Below, piece by piece: positions 50,765 through 63,727 of a DNA stretch of 64,000 bases. Numbering within the stretch: the stretch's first letter is position 1; every line of letters begins with the position of its first letter. Location: the NCBI GenBank assembly GCA_977017645.1, contig OZ360228.1, positions 50,902,001-50,966,000 on the forward strand. The letters are read 5' to 3'. A program made the translations under genes and the position numbers. A model generated the notes under the pieces. It was not told where the DNA came from. It made no database searches and worked only from the letters and a program-made list of their open reading frames with translations. This DNA is from Torpedo marmorata. Lineage: Eukaryota.

Positions 50765-53700
50765 AAAAAACACAAAATGCTGGAGAAAATCAGCAGGTCA
50801 AACAGTGTCCTTTATGTAGAAAAGGTAGAAATACATAACCAACGTTTCGGGCTTGAGCCCTTCATCAAGGTATGAGAGAATGCCGGCGGGTGTCTGAACA
50901 AAAGGGTAGGGGGGGGAGGGGGAGGGGTGGCAAAGGCAGGAGATGATAGGTGGATGAGGGGAGGGAGGGGACAGCAGCAATGAGGGGGAGGAGGGATGGC
51001 TGGGTGGGTAAGGGGGAAGGGAGGGGAGAACTGGAAAGACAGGAAAGGGGAGGGGAAAGAAAAGGCAAACATGTTTGGCAGAAAGCAGAGAAATCAATGT
51101 TAATGCCATTTGGCGGGAGAGTGCCCAGACAGAAGATACGGTGTTGTTCCTCCAATCTGCAGGTGGTCAGGGCGGGATAGTGCAAAAGGCCATGGACAGA
51201 CATGTGAGTCAAGGAGTGTGACTCAGAATTGAAATGGTTGGTTACTGGGAGGTCGCTGTTGTTGCGGACGGAGAGGAGGTGCTCAGCGAAGCGGTCTCCC
51301 AATCTGCTACCAGTCTCTCCGATGTAGAGAAAGCCACAAAGGGAGCACCGGATGCAGTAAATAAGTCCTGTGGATGTACAAGTGAAGTGTTGCTTCACTT
51401 GAAAGGCCTGTTTGGGGCCCCGGACCATGGTGAGGGAGGAGGTGTGGGCGCAGGTGTTGCACCTCCTGCGGGCACAGGGGAAGGTGCCGGGGGGGGGGGG
51501 CGATAGGTGGGGATGGACGAGCGCACGGAGAGAGTGGTCCCTCTCCGTGAATGGTCCCTGCAGAAAGCGGAGAGGGGAGGAGAACGAAAAATGTGTCTGG
51601 TGGTGGGATCCTGTAGTAAATGCCAGAAATTCCGGCGGATAATGTGTTGGATGCAGAGGCTGGTGGGGTGGTAGGTGAGGATGAGGGGGATTCTATGTTT
51701 GTTGCATCTGGGGGCAGAGGGGGCCAGTGCAGATGAGTGAGAAATGGAGGAGATGCGGGTGAGGGCTGAGTTGATGGTGGTGGAGGGGAAGCCACGTTTG
51801 TGGAAGAAGGCAGATATTTCGGAAGATCTGGATGGAAGACCTCATCTTGGGAACAGATGCAGCGGAGACGGAGAAATTGAGAAAAAGGGATGGAATCCTT
51901 GCAGGGGACAGGGTGTGAGGAAGTGTAGTCCAGGTAGTTGTGGGAGTTGGAGGGTTTGTAGTATATGTTGGTGGAAAGCTTGTCTCCCGAGATGGAGGCA
52001 GAGAGATCCAGGAAGGGGAGAGTGTTATCAAAGATGGACCAGGTGAGTTTGAGATCAGGGTGGAAGTTGGACGCGAAGTGGATGAAGTTGACAAGCTCAT
52101 TGCGGGTGCATGAGGCAGCCCCAATGTAGTCGTCGATATACCAGAGGAAGAAATGTGGGGTCTTGCCTGTGTAGGCTCCACAAAGCCCACAAACAGGCAG
52201 GCATAGCTGGGACCCATGCGGGTACCCATAGCTACTCCTTTAATTTGGAGGAAGTGAGATGAGTTAAAGGAGAAGTTATTTAGAGTGAGGACAAGTTCTG
52301 CCAGGCGGAGGAGGGTGGTGGTAGAGGGTGACTGGTCGGGTCTTTGGTCCAGGAAGAAGCGAAGTGCTTTCAGACCTTCTGTGTGGGGGATGGAGGTATA
52401 AAGGAATTGGACATCCATCGTGAAGATGAGGCGGTCCGGTTCGGGGAATCTGGAGTCATTGAGGAGATGGAGGGCATGTGAGGTGTCGTGGATGTAGGTG
52501 GGGAGGGATTGGACCAGGGGAGAAAAGATAGAGTCAAGGTAAGATTAAACTACTTCGGTGGGGCAAGAGCAGGCAGAAATAAGGGGTCTACCCAGATGGT
52601 TGGGTTTGTGTATCTTGGGTAGAAGGTAGAAACGGGCAGTACAGGGGTGGGAGAGAATGAGGTTAGCGGCCGTGGAGGGGAAGTGACCAGAGGTGATGAG
52701 GTTAAAGATGGTGTTGGAGACAGTGGCTTGATGTGTAGTGGTGGGGTCGATAGAAGGAGGTGTCTGAGAGCTGTCGACTGGCCTCGGCAAGGTAGAGGTC
52801 AGTGCGCCAGACCACAACAGCACCACCCTTGTCTGCGGGTTTGATGGTGAGGTTGGGATTGTTGCGGAGAGAGTGGAGGGCAGAGCGTTCTTAGGAGATG
52901 AGAATGGAATACGAGAGGGGGGTGGTAAAGTTGAGACGGTTGATGTCTCGGCGACAGTTGGAAATAAAAAGGTCCAGAGCGGGCAGCTGGCCAGGATGAG
53001 GTGTCCAGGAGGAGGAAGAGGGCTTGAAGCGGGAGATGGGGTTTTGGATGGGGGGGTGGAGAGTCACGGTCATGGAGGTGAGCCCGGAGGCGACGGAAGA
53101 AGAGTTTGGCATCGCGGCGTGCTCGGAACTCGTTGAGGTGTTGTCGGAGGGGGGCGAAGGTGAGGCCTCTACTGAGGACCGAGCGCTCCGTCTCAGAGAG
53201 GGGAAGGTCAAAGGGGATAGTAAAAACCAAGCAGGGGTCAGAGTGGGAATCGGTGTTGTGGAGGGTGTTGGGGGAGGGGGAGGAGAAGGGTTGGGGAGAT
53301 CCGAGGGTGGAGATGGAAGGTGGGGGAGGTTGGAGGGAGGAGGAGGAGGGTTGGGGGGTTTGGTGGGGGGAGCGGGGTTGGGGAGGTCAGAGGGGGGAGG
53401 TCAGAGGGGGGAGGTCAGAGGGGGGAGGTGGGGGGTGGGGGAGGTCAGAGGAGGGGTGGGGGAGGTTGGGGGGGAGGAAGGGGAGGGTGGGGGAGGTCAG
53501 AGGGGGGAGAGGAGTGTAGGGGGGTAGCCAGAGAGAGGAGGGAGGTGAGGTCTGAGGGTTTAGGGGTTGGGGAGAAGAGGGGGGCAGAGAGGGGGAGATG
53601 GGGGTGGAGTAGGGAGAGGTGTAGGAGGATAGGGAAGGAGTAGTGAGGGGGATAAGTAAGTGGGATCCAGTAGCGAGATCAGGACTCCAGTGGCAGTCTG

Positions 53701-53958
53701 TGTCGGGATCCACGTGGTGTGAGTCAGCATGGGAGGCTCCAGCGTCTTCTCCTGCAGGTAGCAGTCTGTGTCGGGAGTTGGCAGTCAAGGCGTCAGGAGC
53801 TCCGGTGAGTGGGGGATCGGGGCACGGGTTGGAGTGGGCGGCCGTGGCGTTGGGAGTCACGTCAGGTGGGCGGCTGTGTCGTCGGGTGCTACTTCAGGTG
53901 GGTGGCCGAGGCCAGGTCTCAGGTCGGCGGCCGTGGCGTTAGGAGCTCCGTCGGGACA
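50765..53958 (-). mobile_element. Longest Penelope-like element copy (N-terminal domain, RT, GIY-YIG, hammerhead terminus), frameshifted
   Basis: LSETERSVLSRGLTFAP, FYLLPKIHKP, MDVQFLYTSIP, GVAMG, LIYCIRC...YIGET; hammerhead motif at 50834-50874; purine-skewed tract at 53270-53650. Confidence 0.95.
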
Positions 53959-54585
53959 CAGAATCAGAATAAGAATCAGAATTTATTGCCATGAACAAGT
54001 CATGAAATTCGGTGTTTTGCGGAAGCATCATAGTGCAAACATTCATATTATAACCATCTTACGACATTACTATAAATATATATATATATAAATAATAGTG
54101 CACGAAAAATAAGGCAGTGTCTTTGGTTCATTGATTATTTAGGAATCTGATGGCAGCGGGGAAGAAGCTGTCCTTGTGCCGTTGAGTGCTCGTCTTTAGG
54201 CTCCTGTACCTTTTTCCCGATGGTAGCAGAGTGAAGAGGGCATGGCCTGGGTGGTGGGGGTCTTTGAGGATAGAGGCTGCTTTTTTAAGACACCGCCTCA
54301 TGTAGATGTCCTCGATGGAGTGAAGTTTGGTGCCTGTGATGTCACAGGCCGAGTTAACAACCCTCTGGAGTTAATTCTTGTCCTGAGAGTTGGCGCCTCC
54401 ATACCAGGCAGTGATGCAACCAGCCAGAATGCTCTCCACGGTACACCTGTAGAAGTTTACGAGAGTCTTCGGTGACATACTGAATCTCCTCAGACACCTC
54501 ACAAAATATAGCCGCTGGCGAGCCTTCTTTGTGATTGCATCAACATGGAGGCTCCAGGACAGATCCTTGGAGATGTTGACACCCA
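53959..54585 (-). mobile_element. Rex1/Babar-type LINE 3' fragment whose tail abuts the PLE 5' end
   Basis: Near-identical to 31435-32020; [16 protein letters not shown]; (ttctga)n tail at 53959-53982. Confidence 0.93.
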
Positions 54586-55499
54586 TTAGTACATTAGTAC
54601 TAATTAGTAGAATATCATTAGTACATACTGTAAATTACATGTGTAATTTGTAAAATCACGTTGTTCCAACTCAGTGTGGGTATTATTTGTGGATATATAA
54701 TTTATACCGTCATGTCATTCTAACTCAACATGGGAGTCATTTGTGCATCTCAATCAGTCTTGCTTTTGTTAGTGGCATTTGCATACTCACTTGCATCTGA
54801 AGAAGTATTGGTATTCGTTCGCAACTCACATCATTGCTATCCATTATTAGTACTGCTGTAAACTAATGTATTTCCCTCCAATATTTACATTACTTTTACA
54901 ATCACATCATTGATTTGTGCACTGTCAGCATGCGTACTTAATATTGGTGCCATTAGTGTACTGTACTAGTGTTATTTGTATTTGTGTCATTCCTGCCAAT
55001 ATTATCATAGTTTGTACAGTATACATTTGAAGCTATTCCCTTGCTTCGGTGACAGGAAAATGTGCATTCTCCCATGGAGATTTCTGGAATACAGACAAAA
55101 TTGGACCAAATTTCCACAGCCTTAATCCAAGGGTGTCAAGGCTAATTTTAGCACCCACAGTTGTAGCTCCATCTGAGGATTGAAGAAGGCATGTTACTGA
55201 TGAAGTACCCTGATGCTAATCAACAATTGAACCATAGGAAGACTATGTTCTTTTCTTATTATTTTCTTATATTATTATGTCACACATATATAGTGGACAT
55301 AGTTGGATATTGGTGGTACTTTGGACACACTTCAGTTTTACCCGACGTTGGCTTTACCTTATTGTACATCCTACTAAATATTGATTTTTAATATATTTTA
55401 TCATATTATTTATTATTTTATAATATTAGTTAATAACCTAATATTGTGGTGATTTAAACACTCCATTTCCCCACCCAAGAATATTACTTGATAGATTAA

Positions 55500-55748
55500 A
55501 TATTCAAGGGGAACTTCTTCACTCAGAGGATGGTGAGAGTGTAGAACAAGCTGCCAGCTGAAGTGGTGAATGTGGGCTCGATTTCGACATTTAAGAAAAC
55601 TTTGGATGGGTACGTGGATGGGAGGGGCATGAGAGACTATGGTCCAGGTACAGGTCAGTGTGACTAAGAAGAGAAATAGTTCAGCACAGACTAGATGGGC
55701 CAAAGGGCCTGTTTCTGTACTGTAGTGTATTCTGGTTATATGGTTCTA
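55500..55748 (+). mobile_element. CR1 LINE 3' end
   Basis: ggggaacttcttcactcagagg (NFFTQR)...gggccaaagggcctgtttctgtactgta plus a short repeat tail. Confidence 0.8.
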
Positions 55749-55859
55749 AAGAGAAGGCATTGGAAAGGCTGCAATCTGGCTCAGATGCGATTCTGGAGCA
55801 ACACACAATGTGCTGGAGGAACTCAAGGGGTCAAGCACCCATAGAAAGCAATAGACAAG

Positions 55860-57260
55860 TGGAATTCTCCTGGCTTGTTAAAGGAAATAAGAAAGGCAAT
55901 GGCAGAGGCTCTAGCATTACTCCTGCAAACAATTAATGCCTGAAGGCTGGTGCATTGCAAATGTTACAGCCTTCTATCCTCAAGGGCCAGGGGATAACCT
56001 CAGTATCTATAACTGGGCATCTTAACCTTTGTTGAGGGGAAGGTTCTGAAAACAAATTAACAGCTACTTGGACAGGTGTGGATTGATTAGTGAAAACCAC
56101 ATAGATTTATTAAATGCAAATCATGTCTTCATATCTTGATGGAATTTTTTTGATGAAGTAACAGAGTGGATTTATGAGGGAAATGCAGTTGATGTGGCAA
56201 TTATTGACTTCTATCAGGCTTTCAATAAGGCCCCACATTAATAGGCTTCTAATCAAGATTGAAGGCCATGGCTTAAGAGGGACTTTGGTAACATGAATGG
56301 GCAATTGGCCAGGTAACAGGCAACAAAGAGCAGGAATGAAAAGTTGTTTTACAGTCTGGTGGGAAATCTATTGAAGAGTTAATTGAAGGATTGCGATAGG
56401 ACCACTAATTTCTTAATGTATTAATGATGTAGGTGTACAGGACACAATTTCCACATCATACAAGTTTGGAATCACAGTAAGCTGGGAGGAGGATAGCTGC
56501 AGATGGGCAGGAGAGAACTATGGGTCGGTGGAATGAGCAGATAATTGGCAGGTGAAATCTGATGCAAAGAAACGTGAGAAGTTATTCATAGAATGAGAAA
56601 AGGGGAGGTCATATTTTGGAAAGGGGTATAATAGTAATCAGGAGGTATCTCTACATAGTTCATTGAAAGTGGCAGCACAGGTGGAGGAAGTGGTTGGAGA
56701 AGTGCACAAGATCCTGGGTTTACCAAGTAGAGGCAGATAGTGTAAGACCAAACGTCAGGATAAGACTTCATTGAACATTGGTTCATACACATCCTGACCA
56801 TTGTGTCCATTTCTTAGTTGCACAGTTTAGGGAAGATGTAAAAGTTCTGGGGAAAAAAGAAAGGCAGAATGATTCCGGGAATGAAGGAGGTCAGTTATGC
56901 AGATGGACTGGAGAAGTGAGATGAGCTTCTATGGTGTAGACAACATCTAATTGAGGAATTTAAAATCATAAAGAGAGAACGTGTCCCCATTGGCAAAGGG
57001 GTCAAGACCTGGGATCAGATTGAAGGTGATCGATCGTCAAAAGAATGAAAGGTGAGCTGAGTTAGAAGATTTTTACAGAGCAGGTATGAATGCAAAGCTA
57101 AGGTCACATTCAAAACCAAACTGGATGGGTCTTTGAACGGAAATAATTTGAATGGATATCTGGAGATAATGGGAGAGAGGGTAGCCTGGATTGCTCTTGC
57201 CTGAATCTGGTATCAATCCAAAAGCCCAAATGACCTCCTTTACGTTTTCTGGGATGTGTG
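55860..57260 (+). mobile_element. Old degraded CR1 ORF2 and 3' end
   Basis: Remnants of W.IANVT, AVDV...DF.QAFNK.PH, W...W and INDV motifs; 3' end cccaaatgacctcctt. Confidence 0.7.
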
Positions 57261-57294
57261 ACTGTAAAGGAAAGATGTTAGGGCTCGCTCTCGT

Positions 57295-57312
57295 GTCTCT
57301 CTCTCTCCCCCC

Positions 57313-57352
<40 letters not shown>
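57295..57352. repeat. (CT)n microsatellite
   Basis: Interrupted ctct run. Confidence 0.92.
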
Positions 57353-57353
<1 letters not shown>

Positions 57354-57613
57354 GGTTGAGGTCACATTGACTCTGAACATGCTCATTGTGGGCTCTTTCC
57401 AAGTGACTGCAACATATCTCAGCAATATTTCACTGCTGACCACCACATCAACGACATTCCCAAAACCATCAGTGACTACATACAGTGCCGTTAAGCTGAT
57501 CCTTCATCATCATAGTTGTTGAATCATAGAACACACAGCTCAGAATTAGGCCCTTCGGCCCAACTCATTCATGCTGACCACAATGGCTATCTAATCCCAT
57601 TTGCCCATTTGTC

Positions 57614-57941
57614 ACAGCAAGAGATTTCCAGAAGGACAGAGAAAATGCTTCAAGGGTATTCTTGAAAACAGTGAAATGTCCCTTCCCTGCGATCATTCAG
57701 AACAGAAAAGTTCTATCTGGGAAGAAAGTGAGCACCTTGTATCTATGATGGAAGCAAACCCAAAGCCAAGCAACAGAAGGGCTCAGCATCCCTAAATAGC
57801 CACAAACTTACTTCGTCTGGCTCCAGCTGCCCACCCTTGGCAGATTCTTCAGATCCTGCACAGGACTCCTCCAGAATTCCCGCAGCTGGAGTGGACGTGA
57901 GTAATTCTCAACCCTGAGGAAAAGCCAAAGAAAAAGAGAAG
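57614..57941 (+). mobile_element. Degraded RTE-type LINE 3' end
   Basis: KRFPEGQRKCFKGILE resembles the RTE C-terminal G..KR.KD.LK motif; A/G-rich tail. Confidence 0.55.
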
Positions 57942-58159
57942 GCTTCGTATCTATGGTGTTCGTATATTCAATTGCACGATTCCATCGAACAATAGGATTA
58001 TCTTTACACTGACATTGTTCCTACCATCGTAGTACACAAACGTATGAGGGCACACATAGGGTAGATTGGTGAAACTTTTCCACATGCAGAGGTGCCTATC
58101 TATGACTGGTGGTGGGGAGGGGTGGGGGGTAGGCATAGGTTTAGGGTAAGGGGTAGGAG

Positions 58160-58378
58160 GTTTTATTCATCGAGAGGTAGGTTGGTATCTGGATTACACT
58201 GCTTGAGGAAGTGGTGAGGGTAGAGACTTTCACAACATTTGAGAAGAATCTTGACAAGCACAAGAATTGCCAAGGCAAAGAAGCCATGGATTAAGAGCTG
58301 GGTGTGGGATTAGAGTAGATGGGTGCTTGATGGTCAGCATGAACATTGTGTTGTTTCTGTGCTGCCTGAGTCTCTGAT
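58160..58378 (+). mobile_element. CR1 LINE 3' end remnant
   Basis: ttcatcgagagg...atctggattacactgcttgaggaagtggtg...gtttctgtgctg. Confidence 0.6.
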
Positions 58379-61096
58379 TTTATGAGTATTTTTCAAAAAT
58401 AAACAAAAAAAGTAATTTACAGCTCTGAAATAAAAAAAGTAATCTTTAAACAATCACCAATGTCTTCTCAACAAACTGTATTTTAGTGGAGCTGTATAAT
58501 ATCCTCATGGTAGGAATATTGAATCTGGTGATTTCCTTTCATTCTATTTTAATTTACTCTTTATGTTTAGGGTATTCCTATAGTGTGACTTTAGAGAGTG
58601 GATTATTTAAGATTGTTATAAAGGCAGCGTTAATTCTGCAGCGCAATTTATTGGGTTCTGATAAAATTTTAGTGCTGCAAATTAATTCAGTTTTTCAGGC
58701 ATTTAGTTGATTTTTTAAATGTAATCATGTGTTAACTACAAAGACCCACAATGAGTTAAAGAATTTGCTGACATGCACAAAGTTATCCATCCATCCCAAG
58801 AGAGGGAAGACAAGAACATTGCTTATACCCAGATTTGCACAAAACAGGAAAAGGTGCACCAGAATGAATCAAGAACAAGTTGGGACCTGATCAAAGCTTG
58901 CAAGTCATCTCGATTTTTTGCTTGATATATATCATGAGGAATAGATAAAAAAAAATTTGCATTTATACAGCACCTTGTCTTGTCTCTCGGGATACACGAT
59001 GGATTACTATGGGATGCCTTCATTGCTACTGCATTGACAAATATAGAAATTGCTGGTAGTATTTGGGTTGATAGATTCTCATTCTGCTCTTAAGAACTCG
59101 TTTCTCACACTTGCTTTACATCTGACATCCTTGCCGACAGTATACTCGTGGAGTTGGAGTGAACTTCACAAAAAACTTTTATTAAGAAAGTGAAAGCTCA
59201 AGATAGCTGATGGTCTTTGACTCTAATTCTCTGTGCCTGTGATGTGAAGCGCTACCTTAGGGACTCAATAAATATATCCCCCGTCTCAAGATAAACTTAG
59301 ATAATGTCACCTTCAACACCGTGGTAGCCCTCAAGCTATATTTGCCAAGAGAAATGCATAAGGATACAGTCATAATGTGGAGAACAGTTTCCACCATTCC
59401 TGGGGTCAACCTTTAGAATCAAGAATGAGTATAATAAAGTTCATGTTATGCTGCCCCATGGACCTGCTGAAGGCAAGTCTGAAATTGTTCCTTGTGTTTT
59501 ATTCTTGGCTTGGCATATTGATAATTACCCTTCAGTACTCAATAGGCTGAACTATGCAGTTGGTCCTTTAACAGTACTCAATAGTGTGAACTATGCAGTT
59601 AGCCCTTTCAGGAAAGGCCACAGAACAGACTGAGTCATGGGCACTTTGCAGTTATGATTTGTGTGGTGGTGGAGGAAACCCTTGCATAAGGTATTTGTCT
59701 CTGGAGATGTTGCGAGCATTGCGTTAAGCTTTGTCTAAGGGTTTGGGGCCACAGAAAATTTTAAAATAAGCAACACCACCAAAATTAAATCGCTTTTAGC
59801 AGCCTTTCATGAGGCACTATTTAGCTTTGACAAAATACATCTAAATTTTGAAACTGCTTTGGCTTAGAAGCAACTCCTGGGATTCCTGCTCTGTGGGTGG
59901 ACGTTCATTTTTGTGAATTGGCATCAAGTGTTCAAGCAAATTAGGTTGCAGTTTGTTTAAATGTACATCTAGCATTCTGTGAAAACATGATATTGGTGTT
60001 GACCTATTATTAGTGTCAAAACTGAATGTTTTCCAGCAACTAACAGGAGCACATATCCTAACTTTGGACCAAGAAATATGATACACCCTTAATTCTGAGC
60101 AGTCCATCAAAAAGTTGCAGCAAATGAATCGGAGTACTCAGCAAGGCGCCTGTTTGGTGCAAGAACACTGCCTAACTACTGCAGAAAGGGAGATCAAAAC
60201 AACAAAGCTGTGCCTTGTCAGTCTTCCAGCAGAGAATATTGCAGCATGCATCCTATTCTGTAACATAACCACCAACCTTGTTTCCTGAGGAGAAAATTGT
60301 TATGGTCTGAGTTATTTCATTCTGATTGGTTTTTTGCATTTTTCTTAGACCCCTGCCCAGCGCCTGTAAAGGGGCAATAAACAGTTAAACTGCAATAGGC
60401 CCAATGAATGTTTTATTGGAAAGCATAACACTGCAAACTTCACGATGCAAAAAAACCAAGGTGCAGTGTGCAATGAAATAGGTATAACTGAAATGTTCTC
60501 AGGAATGACACCCTTGATTATGCTCATCAGTACTAGATTGGGATTGGACTGATGGCGCTCCCATTATCTTCTGCTCCATGGGTTCCCCCAATCCTTATTC
60601 CCCATCTTCTAGCCCAGTACCACAACCTCCTGATATTCTGATTGCTGATTCCCTAAAATTCATAACTGCCAAATCTCTAGTCCTCAAACTCTCCAATATC
60701 TCCCATGGACAGCTTAACCCTTTAAATTGTTGAGACTCTCTAAGTCAGTTCCCTTCAAGGTCAGGTTCTTTACCACCCACCTACTAGTCAGATCCCTCCA
60801 AGGCCACATTCTTTACCATCCACCTAGTAATCAGGTGCTGGTCTCTGGCTGGCTGAACTCCCACTCACCCTGCACCAATATCCTGACTGGGCTTGAATAT
60901 GCAGCAACCAGCTTCCCTCCATAAGTGGCCCAGTTGGTCCTCTGCTCCTTAGATTCTGCATTCATTCCAAACCCCTCCCCTGTGGGTTCCATCCCACACC
61001 AACGCCCACAATGATTTGGACCCAGGCTCCCACTGGTTTGCAATGCTGGGTCCAGGACTGAGATGGACCTTGGTGCAGTATGCAACAAGCATGCAG

Positions 61097-61430
61097 CAAT
61101 ACACAAAGGTGCTGAGAAACTCAGCAGGTCATTCCGCATCAGTGGAAAACAATAGGCAGTTGACATTTCAGGCCTGAGCCCTTCTTCAGGAATGCCAAAT
61201 ATTGGGCAAACACCCCCCGAATAAGAAAGTGGGGAGGGTGAGGGGAAGGGGGGGGGGAGGAACACAGACTTACAGGTGATAAGTGAATGCTGGTGGGAGG
61301 GGGGAAAAAAGGAAGGAGGCTGAGATGATAAGGGGAGGAGAGGGCTGAGAAAGGTACAATAGGAGATCGGAGAGAGGAAGGAAGGGGTGGGTGATGGGCA
61401 GGGGAAGGAGAGGGAAAAGAGAGGAGTCAG
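61097..61430 (-). mobile_element. PLE 3' terminus of a related subfamily
   Basis: acacaaaggtgctgagaaactcagcaggtca followed by the hammerhead region and a G/A-rich tract. Confidence 0.8.
61155..61196 (-). ncRNA. Minimal hammerhead motif with canonical CUGANGA core
   Basis: Reverse complement reads ggcattc-CTGAAGA-agggctcaggcct-GAAA-tg-tc-aactgcc. Confidence 0.65.
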
Positions 61431-61657
61431 AGCAGAGAGCATGTCATTTACAGAGCACAACCACCTCTGAGCCAGCGCTAGAGACAGATGACACCTCAGC
61501 AAACCAGAGGAAGGAATTCTTCATCGTCATATTTCAATCTCTGCTGGAAAACAGGAAAACTACACCTGTAAATGAAGCTTCATTCTACACAACACACAGA
61601 ATTACAGTGATGAGCTTGAAATTTGGACTTACTCTCAAGCTCAATAATATTCAACCG

Positions 61658-62200
61658 TTTTTTATTTATTTATTAAATTTTTAAAAAAAAATATTTTATT
61701 TAAAATTTTTAAATCACAAAATACATAAAATAAAATATAAAATTATCAAGTTATTTGTGATACATTTTCACCCCCCTCCCTCCCTCCCCTCCCCAACCCT
61801 CCCAAACCCACTAATCTAATAAAAATAAAAATATAAAATAAAAATATTTTAAAAAAAGAAAGAAAAAGATAGAGTAAGGAGAATGCCAATCTATAAACTA
61901 ATTCTATTATGGAGGTCAAGTATGCCAGTAGATCCGATATCCAGAGATCTTCAAATCCTTAAACCAACAGCTTTCATATATGGGCTCCAAATTTTTAAGA
62001 AGAAATGATATTTATTACGTAAATTATAAGTAATTTTTTCAAGTGGTATACACGAACGAAGTTCTGCATGCCATCTTTCTAATTCTAAATCTAAAACAGA
62101 TTTCCAAGTAATAGCAATGCATTTCTTTGAAACAGCTAAAGCAATTCGCAAAAATTCTATTTGATACATATTTAATTTCATCTTAATACTAAATTTTCTA
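61658..62200 (-). mobile_element. L1-clade LINE 3' end (ORF2 C-terminus, G-rich 3' UTR, A-rich tail)
   Basis: ALAVSKKCIAITWKS...W...IPLEKITY...FLKIWSPY is typical of fish L1 ORF2 ends. Confidence 0.8.
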
Positions 62201-62447
62201 ATAAATATTCAACAGTTTTGTGTCATTATCTCAAAGAGCATTGGTAAGTTTTAAAATCATGGTTGGTCACAGCCTTCCCCCAGATCCTACCCATTTGAGG
62301 TCTTGGGTATAAATTCACAGTGGATGCTCTGGATTAAAGGAGCTGTACTATCTATGGGGTTTGAGTTACAAAAAATCCCTATTTGTTTGCTGCAGATCTT
62401 ACCGAATCAGGTCTTTGCTTAAGATGGTTGGAAAAACCCTTAAAGAG

Positions 62448-62950
62448 GATAATGATGAGAGTTTATTGTCATATACTTAAGTACAGTGTATAGAGGCACT
62501 AAAATTCTTACTTTCTGCAGCCAAACAGATATATAAGGTACAAACATATACATAAGGTTCACGAACAATACAGTAGTTTAATGTAAACTACCACAATATA
62601 CCAAAACAGAAAAAGAGATAAATATAAAAGCATAGATAAATAAATGTTCACAGTAATTAGTGGAAGTAAAAAAGTGATGTCTCAATAGTGCAGACAGATC
62701 TTTTGGTAGTCCTGGAGTAGTTTATGGTTAGGGTAGTAAGAGGAGATTCAAGAGCCTGATAGTTGTTGGAAATAAACCGTTCTTGAGCGTAGAGGTGCAG
62801 GACTTCAGACTGAATAGAGCAGCGAGAAGAGATTGTGACATCCTTTATGATGTTGGCTGCCCTCTTGAGGCAACATCTCGAGTAAGTGTCTGCAGTGGAC
62901 GGGAGGCCGGTGGTGCCCATGATGGACTTGGAAAAGCTAGCCAAGTCCAT
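62448..62950 (-). mobile_element. Rex1/Babar-type 3' fragment (same older subfamily as 24648-25043)
   Basis: gagtttattgtcatatac tail; YSRCCLKRAANIIKD. Confidence 0.75.
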
Positions 62951-63109
62951 CACGGAAGGTAACGTTTTCTTCAGTTTACCACATCATCTCAAGATGAGGC
63001 TAAAGGGAATAGATTATTTGATTATTTTTGTTACGGTTTATTAAGTAGGAATATAAATTCTATAGGCAAACGGCAGATCATTTTCTGAATTTGTTAACAT
63101 AAAAATGAC

Positions 63110-63595
63110 AAGGAATAAATCTGGAGTGCCCCCTTCAGCACCCGGTGCCTCAAACACCATTTTCTGCCCCACATCCATATCTCTTGATTCTATTAATATC
63201 CAGAAATTAGTTGATCTCAGCTTGAATGCAATCAATGACTGATCCTCCATAGCACTCTTGTGTAAACAATTCCCAAGATTCACTGCCTTCTGAGTAAAGA
63301 AATTTAATCTCATTTCAGTCCTTAATGGCCTGTTGATTAGTTTGAGACGATAATCCCTGGTTGTGGAATCATACGTACATTTTAACAAAGTCACATCTCA
63401 TTCTTCGAAACTTTAAAGAATAGAAGTCCATCCAACTGACTCTTATGACAGACCTGCCATTCCAGGAAGCAGGCTAGTAATTCTTTGCTGCATACCCTCT
63501 GTAGCAGGAACAAAACTTTATCGAATACTTCAGGTGTGCTCTCTCCAAGACCTTATATAATTGGGGTAAGACACCCTTCCTCTTGTACTCAAATG
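63110..63595 (-). mobile_element. Degraded CR1 3' region
   Basis: ORF 63041-63394 contains RPLRTEMRLNFFTQKAVNLGNCL, the CR1 ORF2 C-terminus. Confidence 0.75.
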
Positions 63596-63727
63596 TAATA
63601 TGACACTTTGGCATGCTGTTTCTTTTTCTCTCAAGCAAAAAAAAAAGAAGTTGAATCAGTCCTTTCGGTTTCTTTACATGACCTGTACTACCTCGTCAAA
63701 ATGACAGAAGGTAATCGCATCAGGGTG

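Noticed and set aside
53230-53660. Retained intron in the Penelope element at the pyrimidine-rich tract
   Set aside because: I found no convincing GT donor or AG acceptor on the element's sense strand; treated as low-complexity sequence.
59533-59610. Two-copy 39-bp direct repeat (and a 17-bp duplication near 17392-17425)
   Set aside because: Ordinary local tandem duplications with no further structure.
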